A DNA stretch of 64,000 nucleotides from Lobosporangium transversale (GCF_002105155.1 NW_019028980.1:1550001-1614000); one strand, 5' to 3'; counted from the first letter of the stretch, positions 27,530 to 40,036 are shown. Translations and numbers: made by a program. Notes: generated from the letters alone by a model not told the origin.

Positions 27530-28420
27530 ATCTTAAAGATACTACTTGGTCTCCGGCACCACACCGGGTTCGCTCTGGTTTTTCATTGCCCTTTTGAGTA
27601 CAGACCATTTTGATCTTGTGAAAAAGGAAATACGTTGCTTAATCAACACCTTTCAGACATGGAAATACCATCGATATTGTAACGACCCCATTCTGCAGCC
27701 AATGTCATCTTTGCCTCCCCTGCTGCCCCTCTAGCTATTAGGTCTGCTATCTCGTCTCTATAACTTTGTGCTCAAACTAGTATTCTCCAACAATGCACTG
27801 TTGAATACGAATTGGGTGACATGTTTCCTTGCATCTTTGTAATAATCGATTTGAATCTGCGAAAGCTACTGATTACATTCAGAGTATGATGGAGATACTT
27901 ATGTCACTCAAAGCCAAGGCCTTGACTCTCGTACAAACCAGGAAGAACAGACCAACTTCATTGCTCTGGACTGCCGTGTTTGTGGCGCGCAAGGTACTGA
28001 TTTAGGAAACTCCCAAAAACTCTAACCCAAGGGAAAATACGAGCCTCCATCTTTATAGAAATATTTAACTGGTATGACCGAACTGTAGGCCCTGACTGAG
28101 CGAGTAAATTGAGTCAAAAAAGTAGATGAATACACTTGATGGTGCGGTGGTTTGTATGGTTTGAAGATGATCGCATCCTTGCAATGATAAACTTTGGTCG
28201 GGACAGTATGGTACTTCCTCCGGGACCTATTAGATCCTTTTCTTGCCCATACTTTAGCTCAATGCTCTCCTATACATGCTTGAGCAAGACAACATGGAAA
28301 CCCTTGCAGACCCGTACGCAATTTCGAGATTTTTATTTTTCTTTTTTTTTGCCAAGAAAGATGCTCATGGCTTCGACCAATTCGACTAATTCAGAAATGT
28401 TCATTGACTGAAGATGCACG
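27530..28420 (-). pseudogene. F-box/LRR pseudogene, homologous to the 33129-34616 family
   Basis: Fragment NTAVQSNEVGLFFLVCTRVKALALSDISI aligns to VHVDSDTVDVFFKVCKKVRRLSLDRMSI of ORF 33672..34646. Multiple stops and frameshifts. Confidence 0.6.
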
Positions 28421-28600
28421 TTGCGATCGAATTGTCAAAATGGAGGCATCCATTCAGTGATTGTAGGAAGAAACACCTGAACAAAGCCGATGATGTTATT
28501 GAGTGCACATGTTCCAATTTGGTGGCGCACTTGCCAAGACAAGACTGGGGCTTAAGAGAAATGCTGACATGTTAAACCATAAAATGACTGCCCAAGATAG

Positions 28601-28650
28601 ACGCGTCGCGCGTAACTATTGGCTTCACGTGACAAAATATGCCTATTTAA
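28601..28650 (+). promoter_or_regulatory. Putative compact promoter: ACGCGT, reverse CCAAT, CACGTGAC and TATTTAA upstream of the orphan NLS gene
   Basis: ACGCGT 28601-06, ATTGG 28618-22, CACGTG 28626-31 and TATTTAA 28644-50, about 95 bp before the ATG at 28743. Retained in the copies near 47555 and 58688. Confidence 0.45.
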
Positions 28651-28742
28651 GGCTTGATTTTAGCTTCCAACAACCTGAACACTTCTTCAACTTTTCCTTT
28701 CTCTACCAACTGAATTCCCAATAGTTCATTCAGAAAAAAAAA

Positions 28743-29429
28743 ATGCATTCCATTGGTAAACGCAAAGAACCTTCTGGCAGCCCTACTCTGCGTGACATTC
28801 AAAGCTCAAAGAGACAACGAAATGAAAAGACACAGGGAGAAGAAGAAATAGAAGATAACCAATATAACATGACAAGCACCACAATAACAATGCTGGCTAC
28901 CTCATCATCAACTACTACGGTATCATACTCCACAGGGAAACGCAAAGAGCCTTCTGGCAGCCCTTTACAGCATGATATTCAAGTGTCAAAGAAACAGCGA
29001 AACGAAAAGACACAAGAACAAGAGGAAATAGAAGACAACCACTATACCATGACAAGCTCGAGCACAAAAGTAGTAACAGCAACAACGACTGCTCCATCGT
29101 CAGCTATTGCGGTATCGCACTTTGTTGCCGCCTCAGGGTTCGTTTCTCATCATGTTGCTGTTAAGAAGGCCGAACCAAATACAAACAACAATATTGGTGG
29201 CAACAACAGTGGCGTCAAGCATGACGCCACCAAAACCTCAACAGCTTCGACTTCGAATAATGGTGCCTCATCGTCCTCATCATGGAGGCGAACATTCAAG
29301 TATGACAGCAGCAACCCTACCAGAGTACAGAGAACGTTTATATATGATCCAGTAACCTCGACTACCTTCATCTTAACCTCTTCAATGTTCATGTGCGGGT
29401 ATAAAGCAACAAGAATATCCAAAGAGTAA
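28743..29429 (+). CDS. Orphan 228-aa protein with an internal 60-aa duplication, each unit carrying a bipartite NLS-like motif (copy 1)
   Basis: Intact single-exon ORF. GKRKEPSGSP...KRQRNEKTQ repeats at a 180-nt period. TATA-like box upstream and an A-tract downstream. Confidence 0.7.
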   Translation: MHSIGKRKEPSGSPTLRDIQSSKRQRNEKTQGEEEIEDNQYNMTSTTITMLATSSSTTTVSYSTGKRKEPSGSPLQHDIQVSKKQRNEKTQEQEEIEDNHYTMTSSSTKVVTATTTAPSSAIAVSHFVAASGFVSHHVAVKKAEPNTNNNIGGNNSGVKHDATKTSTASTSNNGASSSSSWRRTFKYDSSNPTRVQRTFIYDPVTSTTFILTSSMFMCGYKATRISKE

Positions 29430-29476
29430 TAAGCCAGACCATGTATTACTGGAAATGGCCTGGATATTCCTCTCAA

Positions 29477-29519
<43 letters not shown>

Positions 29520-31060
29520 CTCTCATTTCGTATGATTGTTTTGTATTGTGAAAAAAAAGAGACAAAATTACTCAGATTTCTTCATATACCAGTATATAGT
29601 GTTAAGCCTTTGAAAGGTTTGTTTTAATTGCTATAATAAAATTATCTTTTGTCTCTCTAAGCTATTACAAACAGTATTTTTTATTTTCTCAATGCTCGCT
29701 ACATGGTGATCCAATGCTCCCTTCTTTCTACGGCTTCAATTAGGCCAGACTTGGTCCGCCATCTTCCGAATGAAACGTGTAAGAGCATCAATGAGCCTGC
29801 TGATCCGCTTTTCTATATCATTTGTCCGCACTACTTGATTCTCTTGCTTCCCATTCATTTTCTCATAAACATTCTTCTTAGGACTACCTCTACTGGGCAG
29901 TTTAGACTTGGACCCCGTTGATGATATCCAGGTATGGGAAAATCAATAATCTTAAAGAATCTGCTTTGAAGTCGGGCGAAGATCAGCTATAACCCCTTTG
30001 GGTTTCGGGTCTGTTCACCATTTTGCCACTGTAATACATTACTATCCCTCTTTGCATGTATCCTTGATGTATTACGGACTGTACCTCGCGTATTAGGGAG
30101 AAAATAAAATAGTCAGCTATTGACTAAGAGGGAGATGGACTCGTATCGCTGCAGTGCTGAACTGCACCGCTTGGCAGCGAGACTTTCACGCCTTTACTGG
30201 CTTTTACAACTGTCAAATACCTCTCTTGCCTTCGTTTAGTTACTTGAAGCCTTGCCAACCTTGATCGAAACTGTAGGGTGAGCCTGTTCATATCATTCGC
30301 GCCGGTGCTCATAGTAGTGACAATAGACTATTTGTGCCGTGCTCTCTTGTCATTTTATACTCTTTTTTTTTATGCTATGACTCCCAAAATACCTTCATGC
30401 TTCTTTCGTCCAATTGCGCACTCTAACCTTAGTCAAACAGACACATGGATCCTGGGAGCCTCATACACTGTATTCTCGGATGTCAGAGTCAGATACTTGA
30501 TCACATGGTTTACGCTAACAACAATGTGTACTAAAGACACATCGCCAGCCTCTATGATAAAAGCTGATTTGCCAGTTTGAAGGAAGCCTCGTAGCAGACT
30601 ATTTTTGTAATCACTTGTCGTGTTTCAGCAAAAAAATGGCTTGTTTGTAGTTCGTATTCTGACTATTGACAGTCGGTTCATAAGGAATACGACAAACATA
30701 ACAAACATAATAATGCTCAAGCAACTAGGTTGCTATGGCCTTCATCTGAATCCCATCCTATTTACCCAGTTCTTTTTATGTTTAACTCACAGCGGAAATG
30801 GCATGATCATATTCCAGAATAAATAGGAAGATTAGGTCAGGAGTTTCTATTGAACAGGATTGCTGCCGCGTGACCCAATTGTGAGTGGCTACTATTCGGT
30901 CGTCAGGCAATACAAAAGACGATACCACTTATTATATAGCCTGAAAATATAATCAGTTTAAAAAGGTTTCAGTTTTAATATTCATGAGCTTGGAGCACTT
31001 GGATAGGTCCTACTTTCTCCAACTATCAACTTCAGTTTGGCCCGCGGCCTTCTGATGCTG

Positions 31061-32584
31061 CTATTTTGCTTTAATAAGGTCTTTAGGAACGCCCTTTTCA
31101 AATCGATACATATAACCAATAGCGCCTTGAGCATCAACACATCCTTGATCGGCCCCTTTGAGATACCAGTCAAAGGCTTTCGAATAGTCCTGTGAAACTC
31201 CTATGCCGTGGTAGTACATGTAACCAAGGTTATTCTGAGCGATAGCATTTCCGTGGTTGGCTGCCTTGAGATACCAGTCGACAGCTTCTGAATAGTTCTG
31301 TGACACTCCTTTACCACGAGAATACATGTAACCTAGATTGTTCTGAGCATCAGTATGTCCTTGGTTGGCTGCCCTATAGAGCCAATAGGTAGCTTTCGAA
31401 TAGTCATGGGAACTAAGGTACATGTAACCTAAGTTGTTCTGAGCGGCAATCCCGCCTTGGTTGGCTGCCTTGAGGCACCAGTCGAGAGCTTTCGAATAGC
31501 TCTGTAAAACTCCTTTGCCATAAAAATACATGTAGCCTAGATTACTCTGAGCGATGAGATTCCCCTGGCTGGCTGCTTTGAGGTACCAATCAACAGCAAT
31601 CGAATAGTCTTGTAAAACACCCCTGCCATGTTCGTACATGCAGCCTAAATTACTCTGAGCTGCGCTATTTCCTTGGTCGGCTGCCTTGGTAAACCAGTCG
31701 ATAGCTCTCGAATAGTCCTGTGAGACTCCTCTACCATGATAGTACACGTAACCTAGATGAGCCTGGGCGCTGGGATCCCAAAGAGCTCGCTGAGTTAACC
31801 AATCTGGAGGGCTGGACGGAGTCTCTGAACATCCTCTGACCTCTTCAATGTAATAACTATAGTCCCAGCGATTGGAGGGTATATTGTCTATGCTTCCTAA
31901 TTGGGACACCCCACCAAGCGGCGCTGCCATCAACTCTGCACTCTCTTCAACTGCTGGTGCTGTCGAAGCTGTAGATTCGCTACTCGGAACACCTTCTAAA
32001 GAGAGCGCAACGCCTGTTGAAGAAGCTACGCCGTCTTGTCTTCCGGAGGGAACTTTCATATCTGTTTCGAAGCTTTTGGTGTTATTGCTGACAGCACTAG
32101 GGGCGAGAAACTCATAGGATCCTTCTGTAGCTGGTTCTTCCTTAATTTCTTGAGGTAAGATTGATTCTGAACATGGCTCTCTTGGGTTGTTTGCTTTTAG
32201 GGAAACAACCATGTCCAGTATGGTATCAGGTTCTGCACGGATTCGAAGTGGTTTCAGACTAAAATTATTGTTGCGATATTGACATGGATTTGAGCTTACA
32301 CCAAAAAGCAATTGGCTTCACAAATGTCGTTGCGGTCATTTATTTTACCATAGTCATCCTTACTATTCAAATTTATCATCCGTGAGAAAAGATAAAGTTA
32401 CTCTCCCTTGCTTAATGTGAACTGCATCCTTATAAGAATATATGATGTCGTTCCAGAGTACGATGTGCTGCTGTGCTTTATGGTCAAATCGAGCTTCTAC
32501 GTATTGGATATCTGATACTGGAGTGGATGATCCATCCAAGCTAACAAGGCGGAATGCCTGAAACTTTTTCTCAGCAAGTATCAT
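31061..32584 (-). CDS. Sel1-like repeat protein with N-terminal header domain, copy 1 (exons 32584-32364, 32258-31061)
   Basis: About 6.5 SLR units AQxNLGxMYxxGxGVxQDYxxAxxWYxKAAxQG. Exon 1 MILAEKKFQAFRL...FLTDDKFE joins through a phase-2 GT-AG intron. Confidence 0.85.
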
Positions 32585-33128
32585 GATCGGTAGTTCTGCT
32601 GTTTTTTGTATTTGTGGTGTCTGAAGAGAAGATGGTAAGAGGAGAAGAAGGAGAGAAAGAAGGAGGGAAAGAAGGAGGGAAAGAAGGAGGTTGAGAAGAA
32701 TGACGGCAAAAGGGAGCTGATGAAGCCATTTATTCGCTCTTTTCCCCACACAATAGCCATCCCTAGTTCATTTGGTTTGATTCTGCTTGTGGCATATTAA
32801 GGGGTGACAATGGTTGCCTGTGCAACTCGGTGAAACAAATCCAAGTGGATGAAAGCACAGAATTGTTGAAGACAAATCAAAAGAACTGAGGGCGGCTAAC
32901 CGAACTAAAGGAAGAGGCAATGTCGGTTTAAACTGATCCTCTGCAATGAACAACCACTTGCTATTCGTTTCAATGCTATTGTCCCAAGCCAATTCGTATG
33001 CGATTTAGTCTGTTCTTACGTTATAGCCATTATGGAAATATATATCTTGGAAGGGCTCTATATCAGATTGCGAAGTAATTTTTTTTTTTTTTTTTTTTTT
33101 TACTACATCTACCAACAAGCACAGTTGC

Positions 33129-34616
33129 CTAATAATCGATGAGTTCTCTGTGTGGACAATTGTCCTTGACCCATGCCCGATCATCGGGTTGTACCTTCTG
33201 CTGCCGATCCCCTCTATAGTCTAACGTTTTCAGGCTCCTGAAGTTGATGAGTTCATCCAAACCTACTCTCAACCTCAAGTCCAGTGTTCGCTTTCCATAA
33301 CCAAATGATCCCGACGTCAATTTGAGATATCGCAGTTGAGTCAGCTTGGCTAGCTGTCTATACACGATGCACTGCTTCTCCATACCTTCTACAGTCTCTT
33401 TGTCGACATCAGCCTTGAGATAGATGGCCATGGCGATGAGGCCAGTGCTGACCCACTGTGCGCCATTGACAATTTCTGTCACTGTGATTATCGGAGTCGA
33501 TAATTGCTTCAGGTGCGGACAATTGGTCAAGATCGCTTGAACAATACCGCCAGCCTTGTTGTTTTTTGTTCTGAACGCCAATGACTCGATTGTATCGCAA
33601 AGTTTCCGAAGCCTTGTCTTCCGTACCATGCGTCCACCATCCAAAATCATTTGCTTATCTGCTAGCAGTTCTTACAATGAGAGCTGGCCGAAATCACAAT
33701 CTAGGGCATCAAACTGTTTTAGAGAAGTCATCTGTCTGAGAAGCGTCGCCGTATCCTCGTCTGTTACGTCCATGCCTTCTAATGAGAGGTCTGTTAAATT
33801 TGTCACTGTCCAAGGATACTGAAGGAAGACTGGTTTGTAGAAATCGTCGATTGCTCGTTGCTTAATTTGAGTAGGAAGATAGTATGCAGAAAATCTCAGT
33901 TGAATCAACCCTAAGCATCTTTTAGTCCATATGCCAAGACATCCCATTGACGAATACGGATGTAGAGGGTTGAGTATTTGGATCCCATGAAGGCGCAATG
34001 TGCGCATTCTTGGGAAATTAAATTCGCCGCTCAGAAAGTTATCAGGCAGCTGAGAGATGGACATGCGATCCAAACTCAAGCGCCTTACTTTCTTGCAGAC
34101 CTTGAAGAAAACGTCTACTGTATCACTATCTACATGTACCTGAGAAATAATAAGGATCCTAAGATGGGTGCATTCCAGTAGTGCTTCCCAGAATCCTGGA
34201 CTTGGCCTGGCGTTGCTGAAAAACTGAGCGGTACAGGTAAAGCTGGCGATTGTAGAGCTGTGAGTCTTGATAAAGTTCGATAGTGGACTCAGTTCGGAGA
34301 GATTCCATAGGGTTGGTTCATCCATGAGACATCCGATGAGCCGGAGACGATTGCAACCCTGTAATGACATGAACTGTTTTGGTAAGACATGTTGAAATTC
34401 AATTTCCTCAATATACTTCTTGCGCTTTTCCGGGACTTCACCAGTAGGATAGGCTCGGTCAGGCGCGACAATTATTCTTCTATATACGGAGATAAGTGAA
34501 TCATGAAAAGCCTTGGAGACGCGAAGACATCTCATGAGCTCATTTCGATGGAGGGATCTCCCAATAATTAAGATGATTACTGGAATCTCCAACGGATTTA
34601 AATGAATCTTGACCAT
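33129..34616 (-). pseudogene. F-box/RNI-like LRR gene interrupted by a single in-frame TAA (33672-33674)
   Basis: N-terminal F-box-like NPLEIPVIILIIGRSL...MRCLRVSKAFH. ORFs 33672..34646 and 33129..33650 share one frame (FGQLSL*ELLADKQM). C-terminal VYRQLAKLTQLRYL...LDLRLRVGLDEL is typical of the family. Confidence 0.75.
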
Positions 34617-35503
34617 GCTGCAAAAGTATGGAAGGATGACGGCCACTTATAGAAACGAATGTTGTTCAGGTCTCTGTAGCATGTCCACGTCGTGAAATTT
34701 TATACATGCACGACAAGGAGAAAAAACTTTGCCACCTAGCCCATGCCAATGTGTCAACGTGCTCAATAACTCTACAATACATGCAGCTCTTCACTCTTCA
34801 GCCCTTTTCGTTTGACGAGGACCATGTCTGGATTTTAGGGCTCCAGCTCTCAGTACAAAGCCAATGTTCATACACTGGCGCTTAGTGAAGTCCCATATGT
34901 TAAGTCAAGCTTGACTTGCATTTCAGATTCCTTTGCCGTTCAATAATCAGCTTTCGCTCATCTTTGATAACTTATAATACTTGGAATCCAGTGGATTCGG
35001 TCCAGAGCAGACCACAGCATACCGCCATTCAGGTATTTCTGTCACCGCGACTAAGAGTCCATGCAGAATTATTAAAAGTAGTGTAATTAGACGAAGATCT
35101 TGGGGTATACCTTTTCTTGTTGACGTCTTGTTTAACGATTAACGCCTCGATTGGATTACAGAGCCAGCCTGTTTGGCTGTTAGAGCATAGGACTCTAAGA
35201 AGCTTGACTGAGTCACCTGGCACTTCCTCATTTCCATCGTTGGATCAAAGAAGAGGAGGCGACTCTATTCAGTTCTTCAAAAGAGAAAGTCGCAAAAAGG
35301 AGGCGAAGCCGAGAGGATAATAATGTGCAAAGTCTTGAGCAGATCAACGTTAATTTGAATGCAACAGTCATACTTTAAATTAAAATCAAAACAATCGCGT
35401 TTCACACGCGCTCCACGAATGCTTTTTTTCTGAAATCAAAGCAAGAAGCAACATTGCCATTACAAGGATCCTCATCGTCTACACATTTTGAACATCCGGC
35501 ATC

Positions 35504-36624
35504 ATGGAAATAAATCAGGAGCAGTTACCCTCTTCTTCCTCTATTCTTCATCCCACTTCCACTTCTTCTTCTTCTTCTCCTTCCCCTTCTCCTTCTCCTG
35601 CATCACCAAAACCAGAACGAGTCTTTGATGCACGACAGAGACGGATTAATGAAATTCGTCTCAAATTTTGCATTCGAGATGAGTTCCCTATTACTAAAAA
35701 CATGATCCATCCTGATGGTACTCTTAACCAGGAGTAAGTAGAAGTAGCGTTCATTTACCTGCTCTTTTTTTTTTTTTTTTTTTTTTTTTTGGAGTATCTG
35801 TTAACCAGGGATGAAGGAGAACGCGTCGGCTTGAAGATAACAATCATAACTATATTGCTGTTTCCATCATTATTATTGTTTCCTCTTTTATCAAGTTATT
35901 TCCGTCCGCCTAGAGGCAGTAAACCTGTTGAAGTGGCCAGGAAATGGACAGATAAGGAGCGCGAACTTCTTATAAAGGGGATTGAGAAGTATGGCATTGG
36001 ACATTTCAGAGAGATCTCTGAGGAATTCTTACCGTTATGGGTAAAATCGCTTTCTTATTTATTCATGATTTATTTCCGCATAATGTAAAATGTAGATCAA
36101 ATTTATGCACATCTCTCGTCCATGTTTAACTGACTATTACTATTATTACTATTATTATTATTGCTATTATTCTTATCAAATATCGGATGCAGAGTGGAAA
36201 TGATCTTCGTATCAAAACTATGAGACTTGTTGGTCGTCAGAATTTGCAGCTTTACAAGGATTGGAAGGGCAATGAACAGGACCTGGCCAGAGAGTTTGAA
36301 CTGAACAAGGCAATCGGACTTAAATATGGCGCATGGAAAGCAGGAACATTGGTCGCGGACGATGACGGATTGGTTGCAAAAGCGATTGAGGAACAATGGC
36401 CTGGTAGCAACAGTGGGACTGGAAAGACGACAGCGGTCATTGGCATTAGCTCTGAAGAGAATTCTGAAGTTTCGACTCCTTTAAATGATGAAGATGTAGA
36501 TATGGAGGTAAGAATCATCCATTAGTAATCCACATTTGATTTTTTTTTTTATTTTTATTTTTTTTTAAAAAAAGAGTATTTTACTAAAAAACAGAAAACT
36601 TCTTTCAAATGATAAAAATAGTAA
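35504..36624 (+). CDS. Myb/homeodomain-like HTH protein; p2 (p1/p2 family) subunit-like of the MTA1c/AMT1 DNA N6-adenine methyltransferase complex (exons 35504-35733, 35896-36040, 36193-36507, probable stop exon 36622-36624)
   Basis: Spliced product DGTLNQDYF...KWTDKERELLIKGIEKYGIGHFREISEEFLPLWSGNDLRIKTMRLVGRQNLQLYKDWKG...NKAIGLK is colinear, from memory, with ciliate p2 motifs (DGxLNxxYF, W..LxxGIExFGVGxWxEI, LxLRTxxILG). Confidence 0.75.
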
Positions 36625-36968
36625 AAAAGATGTTTTTTTTTAGACATAGCTTCATTGCTTGGATTCCCAATAAACATGTACAATATTATCTTTAACTATT
36701 GCTGAAATGCATAAATTACACATGACTGTTAACATTTAGCTTGTAAACCCTTCCCATTTTTTTTTTTTTTAAAAAAATATTTTATATTTTATTTAAAGTG
36801 CAATAAAGGAAGTTTTATTCTTTTTTAGGTATATCTGCTTCGTTCCTTTTTCATTCCTTTTCTTTTCTTTTCTTTTCTTTTCTTTTCTTTTTCTTTTTCT
36901 TTTTCTTTTTCTTTTTCTTTTTTGTCTGCCCAATCTAATCTTTGTTTTATTTATTCTTTCGTTTTCTC

Positions 36969-38254
36969 TTAGTTTGACGAAACAAATCCAAGCTTATCCA
37001 ATGCACGAATACCTTGCTCATCCCACTCTTGCTTTGTGACCCAGAACGCTTCCTTGTCCTGCATAATGTTGGCCAACACAGCTCCTCCCAAGAACACCAT
37101 GTGCTTACGACGAGGAGGATCCTCGATACGGATTTTGATGTTCTAGATTGATTATTAAAAGATCAGCCTCTTAGTAATGAACTCTTTGTTGGCTCCATAA
37201 TAATAGTAATAGCAATAGCAACAGTAAAGACATACTCTAAAGCGCTGGACATCGCCCTTTACGACTTCTGTTAGATAAAGTTGCTTGAGTTCCTTCTCCA
37301 GTCGACTGGGGAAACCAGGGTACATGGTAGATCCACCAGAAAGGACGATGTGCTTATACAACTCTGGACGTGTGTCGACGGGAGCAGTATTAATACATTG
37401 GAAAAGCATTTCTAAAAATCGCATTGAATATGTAGGATAAAAAAATTAGTAAGAAAAAAAAAAAAAAAAAGATCCCACTAGGCAGAGCAAGGTTAATTGA
37501 TAATGACACATGGTTATGGCGTCCATACCAGCAACTCCAGGTTGCTCAACATCAACCAAAGGAGGCTGGAACATGCACTCGGGAGCCTCGAATCTTTCAG
37601 AACCGACCTTGATGACACGACCATCAGGAAGCTAAAGAAATACATCCAGACAAATATTTACATTATATATCAGTCGTTCCATCAAAATACTAAAAGACCA
37701 CAATAAAAACTCCATTGGTTTTTCTCCAAAAACTTGTCGTTACCGTGTAGCTCTCCACAAGGACAGTAGTCTCATTAGCTAGTTTAAGGTCCTGATCCAC
37801 ATCATAACTAGTAATAGTTGAAAAGGTAACCATAATGTTAGCATCAAATTTGATGTCCAATGATCTAAAATAAGAATAGCAATAATAAAGAAGTCCTAGT
37901 TGATTCCCAATAGAATGATCAGAATTCGCACCTAGTGTAGCAAAGCTTCTCCTTGATCTGACGGACAGTCTCAAAGTCGGCAGTTCTGTTGAAGGCATAA
38001 CCACGAAGCAACAACAACTTGATAAGGTACTGAGTGACATCACGTCCAGCAACATCTAACCTCTTTGTAATGTGAGGAAGAGAATATCCATCGACTACAG
38101 GTACAATATGCGTGACACCGTCTCCAGAATCGACAACCACACCCGTTGTAAGTGCTTAAAGAATAAGGGGAAGAAGAAAAAAAGCGCGTTAATTACAAGT
38201 ATCAAACTAGTCGAGATTATTCAAGAGTTTTTGCAAGAGCAGCGGAGAATGCCT

Positions 38255-38288
<34 letters not shown>

Positions 38289-39164
38289 CCCTTGATTCCT
38301 AACCTTGTGCATAAAGAGTCAAGACGGCTTGAATAGCCACATAGACACCTTGGAAACCATATTCCTCAAGCATGGTTTGAACCATCTTTTCTCTGTTGGC
38401 TTTGGGGTTCATAACAGGTTCTGTCAACATGATCTTTGTGTCGCGTGGATCGATCTTGAGCTTCTCATTGAAGGTGTAATCCCAAAGATGTCGCATATCA
38501 GTCCAATTCTTGACAATGCCATTCTGCATTGGATAGCTCATTTGAAGGATAGAACGCAATTCTGCAGCCTCATCTCCAACCATGATATCCTTGACACGTA
38601 CATTGCCGATGGATTCTTCAGCGCGTAGAATGGGACGTCCGACCACTGAGGGGAAAACATATTCTGGGAAATTTGATCCAGCATATCCGACTTTGCAAAA
38701 CTTTTTTTTTTTTTTTTTTTTTTTAATAAAAAAAGAGAAGTATAAAAGAAAGCATTAGGATAAAAAGCATGAATAGACACTGGTATAGGTTGCGTTTGGC
38801 CCCATGCCGAAGCTTTGATTGTCAACAAAGGAATTGAGTGAGAGAAAAGAGCTGTTGCTGAGATAATATAAAATGCCACAATTGAAACAAAAAAAAAAAA
38901 AAAAAAAAGCCAGCGACTCTTCATGCACTTCTTTACGTCCTAAAGTTCCTCATCTTGTTTTCTGCCTTCAACTTGTCTTCGTAAAGAAATACATGCAATA
39001 TAAGTAAATATAATTCCAGTGAGACTAGTTTTATTTCGCGTAAGATGGTTGTGAATGAAAGAAATACAAAAGAGAAGTGAAGAGAAGAAAAAGGATGGGA
39101 TGGGATGATAGAAGGACATTACCCCAGTGCCGTTATCGACGACGATGGTCTTTGAGGACTCCAT
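36969..39164 (-). CDS. ARP2: Actin-related protein 2 (Arp2/3 complex), multi-exon
   Basis: [97 protein letters not shown]. Confidence 0.96.
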
Positions 39165-40036
39165 GTTGCTTGTATGAGTAGATGCAGCTGGTTAGTGTTG
39201 ATGTCGAGAAGAGGTTTTCGAAAAGAGCGCTGTGATGGTGCGAATTAATTGAGGGCTTGCCAGAGGTCAGTGACGTGACCACGAAATTGAAATTATTTAC
39301 ATGTGTGTGTATCCTAGATTAATATGTTAGATTTATAGAAAACAATGTCCACAATTAGGTTGCTCCACGGCCCACGAATTCGACGCGTCTTTAGGATCTG
39401 ATGATACTGATAATGACAAAAGCAATTGCTTCTTCGACTAAACGGCACTGTATCTGACTGGACATGACTATCGATAACAACCGTCTTTGTGTAGTGTCCA
39501 TTCCTGCACTCGCTTCCCATTAAATATAGACCATTCGCTGCCAAAGAACCTTGTTTGCATTCATACTTCATCTCAATGTTATAACAACTCATATTCTTTA
39601 TGAACAATCGCCGCTCATTAGTGGTTCTGGTCTGATAGGATATCCTGGGGCCGCAAGTAGACAATCACCTGCAGAACCCCCTTGAAATAATACATAGAGA
39701 CGAAAGCAACAGTGCTGGTGTCAACAGGCCAAGAAGCGCTTTGTGGTCAGCGACCGATATAACAATCCAACATTCACTGATTGAATCAAGAATGAGACGT
39801 CTTGAGCCATTCCGTTGAAATGATTAGCAAGCGGTAATTCATTGCGGAAAACCCAATTGTAAATTGACATTACCCTCTTCCCTAATTCATCGTTTGCGTG
39901 GGAAAGAGTCGCGACTTCTTTTTATTCGGTTTAGTCATTTTTGAATAAATACCCTCCTTATTGCCATTTTTCTCAACCTCCTTTTTCCTGTTCTCATTAT
40001 CTTCTCTTCATCTGTCGCGACCACAAACTAATAGCC

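Larger units (their letters stand above)
27310..30245 (+). repeat. ~2.9-kb segmental duplication, direct copy of 46247-49222 (F-box pseudogene + orphan NLS gene + flank)
   Basis: Colinear similarity from tagtacaggaacaac (27310/46247) to ctcttgccttcgtt..gttactt (30245/49222). Small ORFs are paired across the copies, e.g. 27546/46482 and 29703/48626. Confidence 0.9.

Noticed and set aside
27310..30245. Duplicated 2.9-kb module as a transposon
   Set aside because: No terminal inverted repeats, target-site duplication, convincing Helitron ends or transposase could be seen, so it is treated as a segmental duplication.
34740..35360. Possible additional plus-strand F-box/LRR relic (ANVHTLALSEVP, SSGFGP, KSLEQINV)
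   Set aside because: The fragments are too short and degenerate to support without an alignment.
39314..39664. 116-aa minus-strand ORF upstream of ARP2
   Set aside because: Non-ATG start and no recognisable homology or coding features.
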